Below are positions 51,289 through 64,000 of a stretch of DNA of 64,000 bases, piece after piece. The stretch comes from Octopus sinensis (taxonomy: Eukaryota). The notes under the pieces were generated by a model. That model ran no database searches. It worked only from the letters and a program-made list of their open reading frames with translations, and was not told where the DNA came from. The stretch spans positions 43,834,001 through 43,898,000 of the forward strand of contig NC_043004.1 in NCBI RefSeq assembly GCF_006345805.1, in the 5' to 3' direction. A program made the position numbers and the translations under genes. Position 1 is the stretch's first letter. The number at the start of each line of letters is the position of its first letter.

Positions 51289-51792
51289 CAACAACAACAA
51301 CAACAACAACACCTAACAATGATAATATGGGTAGTAATAACATGCGTAATCATAAGGAAAAAATATAGTAACGCTAACAGCGGCTGTACTGTAAAAAATG
51401 TTAAAAGACGTAATTTCAGAAATAGATATACTTTCCTACTTGACTCATTCTTTTTACACTCCAGAAAGATCTCCGGATTTTCGTTTGCTTATGTTATTTA
51501 AAAATTTTTTTTTTTTTGTGGATCAGGCTTCATTTTTGACCTCTTAATCCTTATTCTCAATTCGGTGCATATTTTCAAAAAAGGCTATGCTGTTCATTAA
51601 AAACCGGTATTGACAGATGTTGATGCCGTTTGCAAATAGAGGCAGCGAAAGAGAAAAATATATGAGATATAAAGAGTAACAGAAGATAAACCGGGAAATG
51701 ATTCTAGATAAGATACACAGATAGACACACACACAAAGACGTGCACATATACACACGAGCATACCTTCACACACACACACACACACACACAC

Positions 51793-51844
<52 letters not shown>

Positions 51845-51960
51845 ATATATATATATTTATTAGGAACGAATATAACACGTCTTCTGTAGTATCCTCTACT
51901 ACCACCCCTGCTCAGATGATATTACTTATACCAGCTGTACGTAACATAGGAAAATGATAC

Positions 51961-52200
51961 AGTTCTATATTTAAGAGATGAGGAATTATGTACATTAGTT
52001 ACAATATTTACATTATTTACGTTTCGGTTGGTATACCCACCGATCTTCATTAGGTATTCTCATTCCTCGGGCTTATGGCGCAGTGGTTAAGAGCGCGGGC
52101 TACTAACCCCAAGATTCCAGGCAGTGACCTTAATAATAAAAGTAAAAATAATAATAATAATATTAATAATAATAATAATTATTATAATTATAATAATAAG
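51961..52200. mobile_element. tRNA-head/HHR-tail element, locus 3: minus tail (51961-52066) fused to plus head (52067-52130) and (AAT)n
   Basis: agttctatatttaagagatgaggaattatgtacatt is the reverse complement of the tail end at 44650-85. Head GGCGCAGTGGTTAAGAGCGCGGGCTACTAACCCCAAG. Confidence 0.75.
52018..52055 (-). ncRNA. Degenerate HHR motif (G5A)
   Basis: CTAATGA A GATCGGTGGGTATACCAACC GAAA CG T A. Confidence 0.5.
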
Positions 52201-52269
52201 TTATTTTGTTCGTTATTATATTTTATCTCAGTTTTATGTACAGTGAAAAAATTATCTCTCTTTCTCTTT

Positions 52270-52668
52270 TTCTCCTTTTACTTGTTTCAGTCATTTTGAC
52301 TGCGGCCATGCTGGAGCACCGCCTTTACTCGAGCAACTCGACCTCGGGACTTATTCTTTGTAAGCCCAGTACTTATTCTATGGGTTTCTTTTGCCGAACC
52401 GCTAGGTGACGAGGACATAAACACACCAGCATCGGTTGTCAAGCAATGCTTGGGGGACAAACACAGACACACAAACATACAAGCACATACATATATATAC
52501 ATATATACGACGGGCTTCTTTCAGTTTCCGTCTACCAAATCTACTCACAAGGCTTTGGTCGGCCCGAGGCTATAGTAGAAGACACTTGCCCAAGGTGCCG
52601 AGCAGTGGGACTGAACCCGGAACCGTGTGATTGGTAAACAAGCTACTTACCACACAGCCACTCCTGCA
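52270..52668 (-). mobile_element. SINE family A
   Basis: Full body match. Confidence 0.9.
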
Positions 52669-52893
52669 TCTATTAAAATTTTGTTACAAACATTGATTTT
52701 TGACGAGATTAGTATTAAGTATGGAATCTGAAAGAGAAAATAGGAATATTGACTTCAGTATGTTGTATTTCTATGTTGGATCTTATTTTATAAATTACTC
52801 CAAAACAGAAATATACTATATATATGACTGTCAATGCTTAGTTTCTTACCGCTCCTATATGTGTAACTGTTTCTGTGTGTATATATATATTGC

Positions 52894-52926
<33 letters not shown>

Positions 52927-52983
52927 ATATATATTATATATATATATATATTATATATATACATATATATATATATATATTAA

Positions 52984-53064
<81 letters not shown>

Positions 53065-53092
53065 ACATATATATACGTACATATATATATAC

Positions 53093-53133
<41 letters not shown>

Positions 53134-53156
53134 TATATGTATACATATGTATACAT

Positions 53157-54485
53157 ATGGATACCGAATACTATAAGGATTTGGTTGAAGACCAACTGAA
53201 GGATACAACCTTCTATTGTGAAATACCCGCAAATATAGACCACCACATCATGAAAAAGATCTACAACCTGATCTCAACACACCACAACTCACTTACGGAT
53301 AATGAAAAAGACTACATCACCAATTTTGAACCAAAACACAGCAACTTCTACGGCTTACCAAAAATACACAAATCAAAAAACATTCAACAGGCAGTAAAAG
53401 AACAAGAAAGTGAGTACATAAAATTATTACATCCAAAAGACCTAAAACTTAGACCTATTATAGGTGGTCCAGCATGCCCTACACACCGTCTAAGCAATTT
53501 TATTGACATTGTTTTGAAACCACTATGTACTTACATACCAAGTTTCATCAGGGATGACATCGACTTCCTGTCCCATCTTCCCAAAACAACAGAAACAAAT
53601 TCAGTTTTACTAAGTTTTGATGTGGTAAGCCTCTACACCAATATTCCACACGATTTAGGAATAAAGGCGATTAAATACTGGTTAGAAAAACATAGAGAAG
53701 TGATTCCCAGCAGATTCACAGTGCCATTTATATTAGAAACAGTCAAACTTATTCTAGAAAATAACACATTCTTCTTCAATGGAAAGAATTACATCCAAAT
53801 TAGAGGCACGGCGATGGGAACGAGGTTTGCTCCCGTTTACGCCAACTCTGTAATGGGATACTTAGAAGAACAACTCTACCAAGAGGTGGAGGTAAACTAT
53901 GGCACTGGATTTAGAAAGTATATTGAAAAGGCATGGAAGAGATACCTAGACGACTGTTTCATAATCTGGACAGAATCTCTAAATACTCTGGAAGAGTTCA
54001 ATATCCTCCTGAACAACCTACACCCATCTCTCAAATTTACAAAGGAGATGAGTAGTACCAAATTACCATTCCTGGATATAATGGTAATTAAAAAAGACAC
54101 CACCATCACCACAGATATATACTATAAACACACAGACACACATCAATACCTAAATTTTAAGTCGTGCCATCCACCACATACAAAACGTAACATCCCATAC
54201 TGCCTAGCCAGAAGAATTTGTACTATTGTAGAAGATGCAAATATCAGGAACAAACGCCTAATAGAACTAAGAGAATTTTTGCTCAAACAAAAATACCCAT
54301 CTCTACTTATAGAAAATGGCATACAGCGGGCTATAAAAATACCCATACAACAACTTAGGACAACCCAAGGAAGAGGAAAACAAGAACAAGTCATACCATT
54401 CATAGTGACACACAACCCATGTCACCAGAATATCTTCAACATTGCCAAAACAACCTACCAATCATTGCCCAAAGTAATGAATTAA
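53157..54485 (+). CDS. PLE reverse transcriptase, 442 aa from an internal Met (the computed ORF extends into the TA repeat)
   Basis: [57 protein letters not shown] motifs; no stops. Frameshift at the A-run 54447-50. Confidence 0.85.
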   Translation: MDTEYYKDLVEDQLKDTTFYCEIPANIDHHIMKKIYNLISTHHNSLTDNEKDYITNFEPKHSNFYGLPKIHKSKNIQQAVKEQESEYIKLLHPKDLKLRPIIGGPACPTHRLSNFIDIVLKPLCTYIPSFIRDDIDFLSHLPKTTETNSVLLSFDVVSLYTNIPHDLGIKAIKYWLEKHREVIPSRFTVPFILETVKLILENNTFFFNGKNYIQIRGTAMGTRFAPVYANSVMGYLEEQLYQEVEVNYGTGFRKYIEKAWKRYLDDCFIIWTESLNTLEEFNILLNNLHPSLKFTKEMSSTKLPFLDIMVIKKDTTITTDIYYKHTDTHQYLNFKSCHPPHTKRNIPYCLARRICTIVEDANIRNKRLIELREFLLKQKYPSLLIENGIQRAIKIPIQQLRTTQGRGKQEQVIPFIVTHNPCHQNIFNIAKTTYQSLPKVMN

Positions 54486-54987
54486 AAGACATAATCACGG
54501 ATCGAGCTATGGTGCTTAGTAAAAGACAGCCTAAAAACTTGAAAACATTACTAACAAAGGCAAAATTTGACCTCAGCAACAAAGACCAAACATTCACGGT
54601 ATCTAAATGCAATGATAGCCGATGTGGCACATGCCAATTCATACATACCGGTCAATATATAAACACAAAAACCGGGAAAATATTCACAAACGCGAATATG
54701 AACTGCAAAAGCAGAAATTTAATTTACTGCATCAAATGCCCAAATTGTGAAGAAATATATGTAGGTCAGACGGAAACGCACTATTAGAACGCTCACGTGT
54801 ACACCGGAAACAGATTAGAGACCCAGAGGTCCGTCAGATACCTTTGAGTAACCACCTAGCAACATGTGGTCGGAAAATATATATAATATTTCCATTCTAC
54901 AAATTACACAGCCCAAGTGAAATCGAGAGGAAAATCAGAGAAAAGAATTTTATTGATAAATTCGAACCCAAGCTAAATAAGAAATAA
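54451..54987 (+). pseudogene. PLE Cys linker and GIY-YIG endonuclease (frameshifted continuation)
   Basis: CNDSRCGTC, NLIYCIKCPNCEEIYVGQT, then after a shift at 54774-76 ERSRVH...REKNFIDKFEPKLNKK*. Confidence 0.85.
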
Positions 54988-55294
54988 TAATAATACTTAG
55001 AGGTATTACTTCCACTGCTACGACCATGACCACTAACACAACAATACTAAAGGTGATCAAGATGAAGATAGCAGGAAAATTATCTTATTTAGGGTTAAAA
55101 GTTCTATTGCCACCACCATCACCACTAGCAACAATAATTAAGGTGCTGACAATGATGATGATGACAATTGAAATATAAAAATATAAAAATCTCTGACAAA
55201 GGATATTTACAACATTTCTAAAAATAACTCAACAATTGCTGCTTCGGCCAGGGTCAAGATACAGGACTCTTGACATGTCCAACAAAGCGTGATG

Positions 55295-55420
55295 CCTAAG
55301 CCAATCAGCTCAACCAACCAATCAGCTTAAGTAATTGAGTGATACTACACACTGATTGGTCGAATACAGTTTGCAAAACCTAGCACTCTGGAGCCTCTCC
55401 CAGCGTATTATAGCACAGAA
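55295..55420 (+). promoter_or_regulatory. Putative PLE pseudo-LTR promoter (clustered CCAAT boxes)
   Basis: CCAATC twice (~55300, ~55318), GATTGG at ~55354, TATTATA at ~55407, upstream of the HHR. Confidence 0.4.
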
Positions 55421-55475
55421 TCAATCATCTTGCTACAGTCAAAAATTGTGAAGCATGACTGTCAACACTACTATA

Positions 55476-55520
55476 TGAACCCGAAGATTGCAGAATTCAA
55501 TGCATGAAAGTACTAGTTCA
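55476..55520 (+). ncRNA. Minimal type I HHR in the PLE 3' region, CCGAAGA core variant
   Basis: TGAAC CCGAAGA T TGCA gaattcaa TGCA T GAAA G TA C T A GTTCA. Stem I 5 bp; AGTACT palindrome; cleavage after 55515. Confidence 0.7.
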
Positions 55521-55682
55521 ATCAGAATGAATATTTAACATTCTACTATTTCATTTTATTTTATTCAATTATAATATATTATCTTATAATATATCATTAT
55601 AAGATTGTAAATAAAACGTGAAAATCAGACAAGGTTGGAATTCTTTTTATTAATATATTCTTCTATACACAATCACACACAC

Positions 55683-55719
<37 letters not shown>

Positions 55720-55766
55720 ATATATATATATATATATACGTATATACATATATATATACATATATA

Positions 55767-55833
<67 letters not shown>

Positions 55834-56038
55834 CATATATGCATACATATATTATTATATTATATATATATTATAATATATATATATATATATATATCTG
55901 TATATATGTATGTACGTATGTTTCCGTCAAGCATATCTACTTACAAGTCTTTGGTCGGCCCGAAGCAATAGAAAAATACTCTTGCACAAGCACCAGACAG
56001 TGAGACTGAACCCGAAACCATGTAGCTGCGCCTACATA

Positions 56039-56078
<40 letters not shown>

Positions 56079-56111
56079 CACATATATATATGTATATATA
56101 TATATATATAT

Positions 56112-56156
<45 letters not shown>

Positions 56157-56773
56157 TACCCCTGTGTGTGGTAGGATATGTCTTTGTTCCCTACCACCCT
56201 ATCACCGCTCGAGAACCGGGGTATGTGTATTTACGCCCCCGTGACACTGGGTCGCCCAAAACGACCCGACAAGTAAGTACAAGGTTTTTAAAAAAATTAG
56301 CTCTGGGATTGATTCATCTGACTAAAATATTTCGAGGTGGTGCCCCAGGGGGAACGCTGTTAGATTACTGAAGCATGTAAAAGATGAACGAAAAATATAC
56401 AGCTAATATTATGGTTTGTAAGAATGTAGTGAATCCTATCTGGAAACCGCTTCTCATTCTCTTGATTAACGTTCCCATCCTACATTATTCGCATACATAA
56501 ATAATACAGGCATACAGAATACAACATCCATTCCTTACCCTGTGACGATGGTAATAATCTTGTCGCGTGTCGGAACAAAATATAAACGTTTCATTCATCT
56601 GCTTTTGATTGTGTGATAAATAAAAGATAATTGTTTTCCCTCGGGCAGGAAGGTTACGAAAGAAAACAAAACAACGGAAATCGGATAACGATGAAAAGAG
56701 AAGAAAGGTAACGTAGAGTTAAATTTTCAACGGGTTAAGTGTACGTAGTAAGCGTAATCCCCGTCTATAGTTA

Positions 56774-56775
<2 letters not shown>

Positions 56776-56858
<83 letters not shown>

Positions 56859-56912
56859 TATTATTATTATTATATTATTATTATTATTTTATTATTGTTA
56901 TTATTATTATTA

Positions 56913-57001
<89 letters not shown>

Positions 57002-57073
57002 CATTATTATTATTATTATTATCATCATTATTATTATTATTAATATTATTATTATTATTATTATTATTATATT

Positions 57074-57105
<32 letters not shown>

Positions 57106-57110
57106 CATCA

Positions 57111-57157
<47 letters not shown>

Positions 57158-57172
57158 GTTATTGTTATTATA

Positions 57173-57214
<42 letters not shown>

Positions 57215-57216
57215 GT
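56776..57216. repeat. Long (ATT)n microsatellite
   Basis: Direct reading. Confidence 0.95.
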
Positions 57217-57505
57217 ATAATTTTTTTTTTGCAAAGATTCAAAGGACGGTTTCCCCTTTTATCTGATTTTATATAATTACATCTTTAAATATATTTCACT
57301 TTTATCCTATTCCCAGTTCCGGGTCCTCTGATAAGACATATCTTTTCTCCTAGATAAACAAGCATGCGAAAATCAGCAGCTCCCGCCCCTCTTCTTCACG
57401 ATCAAAATATAAATTCGGTCTTCGAGCATAAGCTTTTAAAGGTGTCATACTTTGTATGATTCACACAAGCCAGTTACCGGACTATGTTCAAATAAGGTAA
57501 ACCTT

Positions 57506-57942
57506 GTATCTTTTCGGTTTGAACGGCAGTTTTTAACATAATTTCTACGTAACTAAAAAAATTTAGACTTCGTATACTGGTAGAATGTGTTTATAAAACA
57601 TCTTTTTCTCTTGGCTTTATTGAGAAAATTCTATAGTTTGTAAGATATTTATTGTTTTCTTCTTCAAATTCGGCAATTTCAACCAATCACTGACGTTTAT
57701 TGAGTTAAAAAGCATTCTGTGCCGTATGAATATGTCCCTCGTTTAAGAAACAGATTTGGTTTATTTACATTTGTGAAGAAAAAAAGATACCCTTCCCCCA
57801 CTCCTAACCCTAACCCTAACCCTAACTAACACTAACCCTAAAACAGATTGAAATGCAATAGATCGATTCTAGGGTCATAATTATGGGTGACAATTTCATA
57901 TGACTCCGCTAGAAAAAACTGCCGTTCAAACCGAAAAGATCC
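57506..57942 (-). mobile_element. MITE copy 7 (TTAGGG-bearing)
   Basis: TIRs; TSD TAAACCTT/TGAACCTT (7 of 8). Confidence 0.85.
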
Positions 57943-58609
57943 TGAACCTTCTGTTGCTTTGTGTGGAAAGTAGCGCTAAGAAATCGACTGTTGTTACGAT
58001 AGAAAACATTTCATTCACTGAGGATAGGAGACTTTGTAAAAACAGAGAATTGATCACCGTCATGGAAAACAGATACTCATGGATTCTGAGAAAAATAATT
58101 AGAGCAAGTGAGAAAGAAGGAAAGTAAAAAGGAATGGCTTGTATGGCATTTTGGATTCAAGTAATAAACCATCCCTAGGGCTCCTACTGGATTTGGGGTG
58201 CAAAACTGGAAATAGAAAGACGCTCACACCTGCTGGTTAAGAGGTGTAGGATGTAAGATAGATTTCTTCTGATTTAGTCATTGTGCATTTTATATCTTCA
58301 GTTAGAGAAGAACGAAATAAGACTATGAGAACGTATTATACTGATCTCAGAAATTTGACTTGGATAAGAAGCAAAAAAGGAAAAATCTACGAAAAAGTTA
58401 CAGCTAACATAATTCTTATAGATATCTACGAATAAGGAGGCGGTTTACTAAAATTTGCAGGTGCTAAAAAAAGGAAGCCAGAAATCACACGTTCAATTAA
58501 TATATGCGTATTTGAGAGTGTGACGTACGTATCTGAAGGAGAATGTGCATGTCTGTTCTATGTACTTCAACATTTGGCTCAAGGCTATCAAATTCTGGAA
58601 AGATGTTAA

Positions 58610-58760
58610 GTTGATTACGTCGTGGCCATGACTGAGCTGGTACTTTTATTATCGACAATGTAAGGATAAAAGGCAAAGTCTACCTCGACAATAATTGAGC
58701 TGAGAACGTAAAAACTTACGAAAAGCCGCTAAATATTTTGCAACGATTCTGCCATTTTTG
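58610..58760 (-). mobile_element. SINE family B, degenerate
   Basis: ggtacttttattatcgac...aggcaaagtc. Confidence 0.55.
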
Positions 58761-58784
58761 TTTTTATTCTTTCCTTTTTCTCTT

Positions 58785-59160
58785 TTATTTGTTTCAGTCA
58801 TTTGACTGCGGCCATGCTGGAGCACCGCCTTTAGTCGAGCAAATCGACCCTAGGACTTATTCTTTGTAAGCCTAGTACTTATTCCGTCATTCACTCTTTC
58901 CGAACCGCTATATGACGGGGAACACCAGCATCGGTTGCCAAGCGATGTTGGGGGGACAATCACAGACACACAAACATGTACATACACATATATATATATA
59001 TACGACGGGCTTCTCTCAGTTTCCGTCTACCAAATCCACTCACGAGGCTTTGGTCGGCCCGAGGCTATAGTAGGAGACACTTGCCCAAGGTGCCACGCAG
59101 TGGAACTGAACCTGGAACAATGTGGTTGGTAAGCAAGCTACTTACCACACAGCCACTGCT
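58785..59160 (-). mobile_element. SINE family A
   Basis: Full body match. Confidence 0.9.
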
Positions 59161-59724
59161 GTGCCTATATGTATAATATGAGTTTATATTTGAGGCAATA
59201 CAAGTTTCACGATAGAAATGAAAATGCTTGACCTGTTTTGTGTTAAAGGAGAGACATCTCGATTGCTAGAATCACTAGGTTGTTTCAGTGCATATATGAT
59301 AATATTTGTGATAATATATGAACGAAAACAAAAGAAAGTAGTGGGCAGTTTCTGGTTTTTATAGTAATATTTTGAGATCTCTGCTGCATTGATGATGATA
59401 ATTTTTGTGTTATGAGAGAGACAACTTAGTAGCTACAAGTTTTATTACAAAGCATACCTAATATTTTCGTCGCCAGTTGTTTAAAATATAAAGTTGATGG
59501 ATATAAAAAATCACTGACACATTCAGTATAGTGATTGTTTTTAATTGCTGAAGTAACAACATGCACTGAGATATAAACGTGTACATATTTATGTATTAGC
59601 CACAAAAAACGTGTGCGGCCCATATTTTCTCAAAAGTATGTTAAACAGTGTTTGTGAAACAGTATTTTTATTTTTACGTTATAGATCCTACCATGTCTAA
59701 TATCCACATGACTCTTTTGACTGA

Positions 59725-59840
59725 ATCGTTAGCACGCCAGGCAAAATGTTTAGCAGTATTTTGTCCGTCTTCACGTTTTTAATTCAAATTCATTCGATGT
59801 CCATTTCGACATTCATACTTTCGGGCCGATAAAATGTTTC
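59725..59840 (+). mobile_element. SINE family B head, degenerate
   Basis: gaatcgttagcacgccaggcaaaatg...ttcaaattc. Confidence 0.55.
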
Positions 59841-60962
59841 TGTTGAACACTGTGAACAATTTAAACAGCTTAGCAGGTCCCCCAAATCTGGTGGCGATGT
59901 GTAAAAATTTGAATCCAATATTCGCATAACCCTGGAATATATGCAAATAAATTTTGAATATCGTAGTTTGTAGATATTTACAGCTTAAGAAGTACAGCTT
60001 GTAGCTATTTGTTTAATGAATATATTCTATGTATTGGTCTAAACATTCTACTTCAGTTTTTTCTATGTATCACAGTCATGATTTGCTGTTTACATAAGAA
60101 TCTTAACTTGTACGTGTTTATTAAATCTGATACGTCTCAGATAACAAACTTAATCTAGAATATTACTCGTGGTAACGTTAATGAAGAGGATATTATCTTG
60201 AAGAACCAAATACAAATCTGGTTTAATTTATAAATAAAAAAAAAGAATCTGTTTATCTTCATTAGCGTTGGAAAAGGTTATCATAATATTTACTAAACAC
60301 TGAAATCAACATTGTACGTCTTCCTGTATCCACTCCTTTACCAATTCTATAGACTGAATGGTGTAGATAGATTTATTAATGAATATTTGAATATACGAGC
60401 AAGTAATAGCGCTTAGACACATTTAGGTCTGTGTACGCGCGTGAGTGTGCAACAACGGAAAGATAAACATACCAGCTACGTACAGTATGTATGTGCGTGT
60501 GTGCACGTGTATTAACTTTTATAAGGTGCACGTTTTCAGTGACATTGAAATTTTGTCTTGCTCACCTTCATTAAGCTCTGTCAAACTTTGGTTGTTTTGA
60601 CTTCATAAAATCGTTAAGAGATTTTGTTTTGTTGTGTAGGTGTGACTATATGAATGGCAATTATGGAAAGAGGGGAGGCAGTAATATATGTTTCTCTCTA
60701 TACATAAAATGTTTTGATTTATTTCATAAAAATGTACGTTATCTTGGTTCATATTTTTACAATTAATTTTTCTTGGATTATTTTTGGATATGAGCTCTCA
60801 TAATAAAAAACAAAATAAACCCTCTTCCAATGGAAGAATCACGAACGTTCGAACAGCTAGTACCAGAAAGTGAAATCAACAGAGCAATACATGCGTACAT
60901 AGATATACACATACATATACACACATATATATACATACATACATACATACATACATACACAC

Positions 60963-61015
<53 letters not shown>

Positions 61016-61039
61016 TACACTTATATGTATACATATATG

Positions 61040-61075
<36 letters not shown>

Positions 61076-61860
61076 CATGCATGCATACATATAAACATAT
61101 ACATGTATATATGTTTGTGTATGTATGAAAGTATCTGAATTCTTGGCGTTACAATCAGTCTTGCTGCTTAATTTAATTTCATGGTAAACAAGATCAACTA
61201 TACATTCACCGAACGAACGTTTTCTAACTACAACTAATATAGGTAAAAATCGTTTTGTTAACTAACCAATTATAAAGTCCTATTTACATTCGATGCTATT
61301 TGAGATAATTGGGAAATATATTTATAGAGCTATTTATTTGCCTCATTATGTTGCTATTCATTTTAACGATTTTAATATTGATTTCTTTCTTATGTCTTCT
61401 TTTACAAGTGTGTATAAATAATCAATATCGTTTCTCGTATTAATATATTCTTCAAAATTATATTTGTTATCCAACGTAAATTCGTTCATATATATACATA
61501 AACAAATCTATATTTTTACATCTTTCTCTTTCTCTCTCTCTCCCTCTCTCTCTTTCTCTGTATGTATATATATTTATTGAGAGATACATAGATGATACAA
61601 AAACACATACACACAACACATATATATATATATATTTATGTATATATGTATATATATTTATATATATAAAATATAATATATATATATAATATAAATACAC
61701 ACACACACACAAACACACACAGACACAGACACACACACACAACACACACACACACACACACACCATATATATATATATATATATAATATATAATATATAT
61801 ATATAAGTAAAATAAGACAAAATAGAAAATGCTAAAATAATTTTACCATCAAGTACTTTT

Positions 61861-61896
61861 CAGTACCGGTTTCCCCCTTTTAGACTTTTTCAACTA
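61861..61896 (-). ncRNA. Second U3-A8 HHR-like motif, stem II disrupted
   Basis: Homologous to 40520-40600 (atagaaaatgctaaaataatttt...cagtaccggtttc...gactttttcaact). Confidence 0.45.
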
Positions 61897-62279
61897 AGAG
61901 TGAAATAAGAAAAACAATTAAATTGGACAAAAAAAATTCAGTAAAATGTTTGTAGTTTTTTCCATAGTCTTCAGATAGTCTGTCTGTCTGTGTCTCTATT
62001 CCTTTGTGAATGCCTCGTAGGCGGGTAGTAGTGAATCTGAAGGAAAAGTTTGTGCACAGCGAATCGATGGTTTAAGCCAATTCGTAGACGGAATCCTCTT
62101 CCCATTTTATTTCTTGTTTGTCTAAGAACTCATTTTCTTGCCGTTGGTTCACTAACGATATTTGTTTCTATATTTGAGTGTGATTGTACGTGTTTAAGTG
62201 TATATGCGAGTGCTTATGTGTGTGGGTGTGTTGTGTGCATAACAATAACAACAACAACAAGAACAACAACAGCAACAAC

Positions 62280-62322
<43 letters not shown>

Positions 62323-62335
62323 TAATATAATAATA

Positions 62336-62370
<35 letters not shown>

Positions 62371-62394
62371 AATAATAATAATAAAAATACTTTC

Positions 62395-62556
62395 AACTAC
62401 GGATACAAGGCCTGAAATTTGGAGTCGAGGACTGGTCGATTAATAAAATATAAGAAGCCCAGTATACCCATCATGACTACCCGTCATGATGGGTATACTG
62501 GGTTTCTTATATTTTACCCCGGTGTCACTTTGATGGCATGCACTGCTCTCTCACTC

Positions 62557-62594
<38 letters not shown>

Positions 62595-62807
62595 TAACAA
62601 ATGTAATAATAACAATCCTTCCAACTACAGGTACACGGCCAAAAAGTTGCGGTCGAGGACTAGTCGATTACATAGACCCCAGTGTTACACTGCAACTTAA
62701 TTTCTCGATCCCCGAAAGAATGAAAGGCAAGTTCTGCAGGATTTGAAGTCACAACGTAGAGGCAAACAAAATACCGCTTAGTAATTCGCTCGTTGAGCTA
62801 ACGATTC

Positions 62808-62810
<3 letters not shown>
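62395..62810 (-). mobile_element. SINE B fragments interrupted by (AAT)n and a hairpin
   Basis: acaaggcctgaaattt...gtcgatta; cccgaaagaatgaaaggcaag. Confidence 0.55.
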
Positions 62811-62850
<40 letters not shown>

Positions 62851-63804
62851 TAATAATAATAACGATTTTTTTTGCTGTTCTGCTATGTTTTATTAAGGCA
62901 AATAATATCGGTGTGAAACAGAATGTAGGCGACTAAAAATTGTAACAGAAAAATAAAATTCGTTTTGCAGTTAAAATTTAAGGTTATTGAAAATATTTAA
63001 AAAAAAAATTTTCAGTGCATACGAGACTCAAATGATCAAATATAGCGAAGGCGATGATTATGAGGACGACGACGATAACGATGATGACGATGATTACAAC
63101 GACAACGACGACGACGATGATGATGATGATGATGATGAAAGATGATGATGATGATGATGATGGTGCTGCTGCTGCTGATGGTGACTGTGATGGTAAGGGA
63201 AGTGATAGTATTAATATTATTTTGCGTTGACGGTGACGGTCTTGCGGAGGTTTTGATCGTAGTCTTGGTGATGGAGGCGGTCGTGGAGTAGACGGAGTAA
63301 TATGGTGATGGTAGAGTGAAAGTGATGATATTTTATTGTTGTTCTTGTTGCTGCTGCTGCTGCTGCTGTTGTTGTTGTTGTTGTTGTTTTTAATGCATCT
63401 AGCGATAATCATGTAAAAGTCCGTTGACGGTGATGTTTCAGATATGGTAATTGTGAATGTAGTGACGACACATCACGATGACGGCAATGGTGATTAGGAA
63501 ACTAAGAACTGTAATAGTGTTTGTGATATTTAGGAAATGGTTATTAAAGGATGCTGATGCTCTCCTTAATGACCATGATCAGGAAAAAAAAATGACGAGT
63601 GGATATAACTTTTAGAGAAAGAAAAAAAACAAATGTAGGATTCTGACGATGCTGGTTGTAATGGCTAACAGATATAATGTTTTAAGATATTTCTGTTCAG
63701 GACATAATTGGCGGTCTCTAAATAAAAGAGTATCATGGCGAAAAGAAAAAAAAAAAACTTTAAAAAATATGATATAAAATCATTACCAACAACGAAACAT
63801 TTAT

Positions 63805-63964
63805 AGTGATGATGATGATGATGATAATGATGATGATGATGATGGTGATGGTGATGATGGTGGTGGTGATGGTGATAGTGATGATGGTGATGGGGATGGT
63901 GATGATGATGATGATGATTGTGATGATGATGATGATGATGATGGTGATGATGATTATGATGGTG

Positions 63965-64000
<36 letters not shown>
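63805..64000. repeat. (GAT)n/(GGT)n microsatellite running off the window
   Basis: Direct reading. Confidence 0.95.

Larger units (their letters stand above)
53157..55620 (+). mobile_element. 5'-truncated Penelope-like element (Neptune-type Cys linker) inserted in (TA)n
   Basis: RT-EN coding region, then a 3' UTR/pseudo-LTR with CCAAT boxes and an HHR; TA repeats on both sides. Confidence 0.9.

Overview
AT-rich, microsatellite-saturated eukaryotic non-coding DNA. The SINE families resemble those I recall from octopus, so a cephalopod origin is an inference. I can support no host protein-coding gene, rRNA, true tRNA or CRISPR array. Almost all computed ORFs are microsatellite read-throughs. 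The window is a layered transposon landscape. It holds a near-intact 5'-truncated Penelope-like element (PLE; RT plus C-terminal GIY-YIG, 53157-~55620) and two decayed PLEs. It also holds decayed mariner and Tc1 elements, an internally deleted Ty3/Gypsy element, a CCCH-zinc-finger ORF1-like fragment and two RLE-type LINE scraps. Smaller elements include a Helitron-like element, seven copies of an 8-bp-TSD MITE carrying TTAGGG repeats, and about 28 tRNA-derived SINE copies or clusters. The most notable unexplained structure is a set of 10 minimal type I hammerhead ribozyme (HHR) motifs from six unrelated sequence contexts. Two share a non-canonical CCGAAGA core and two have a compensated U3-A8 core. 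At four loci the HHR module sits in a head-to-head inverted duplication. One HHR family is fused behind a tRNA-derived SINE head. All alignments and folds were done by eye and need computational confirmation.
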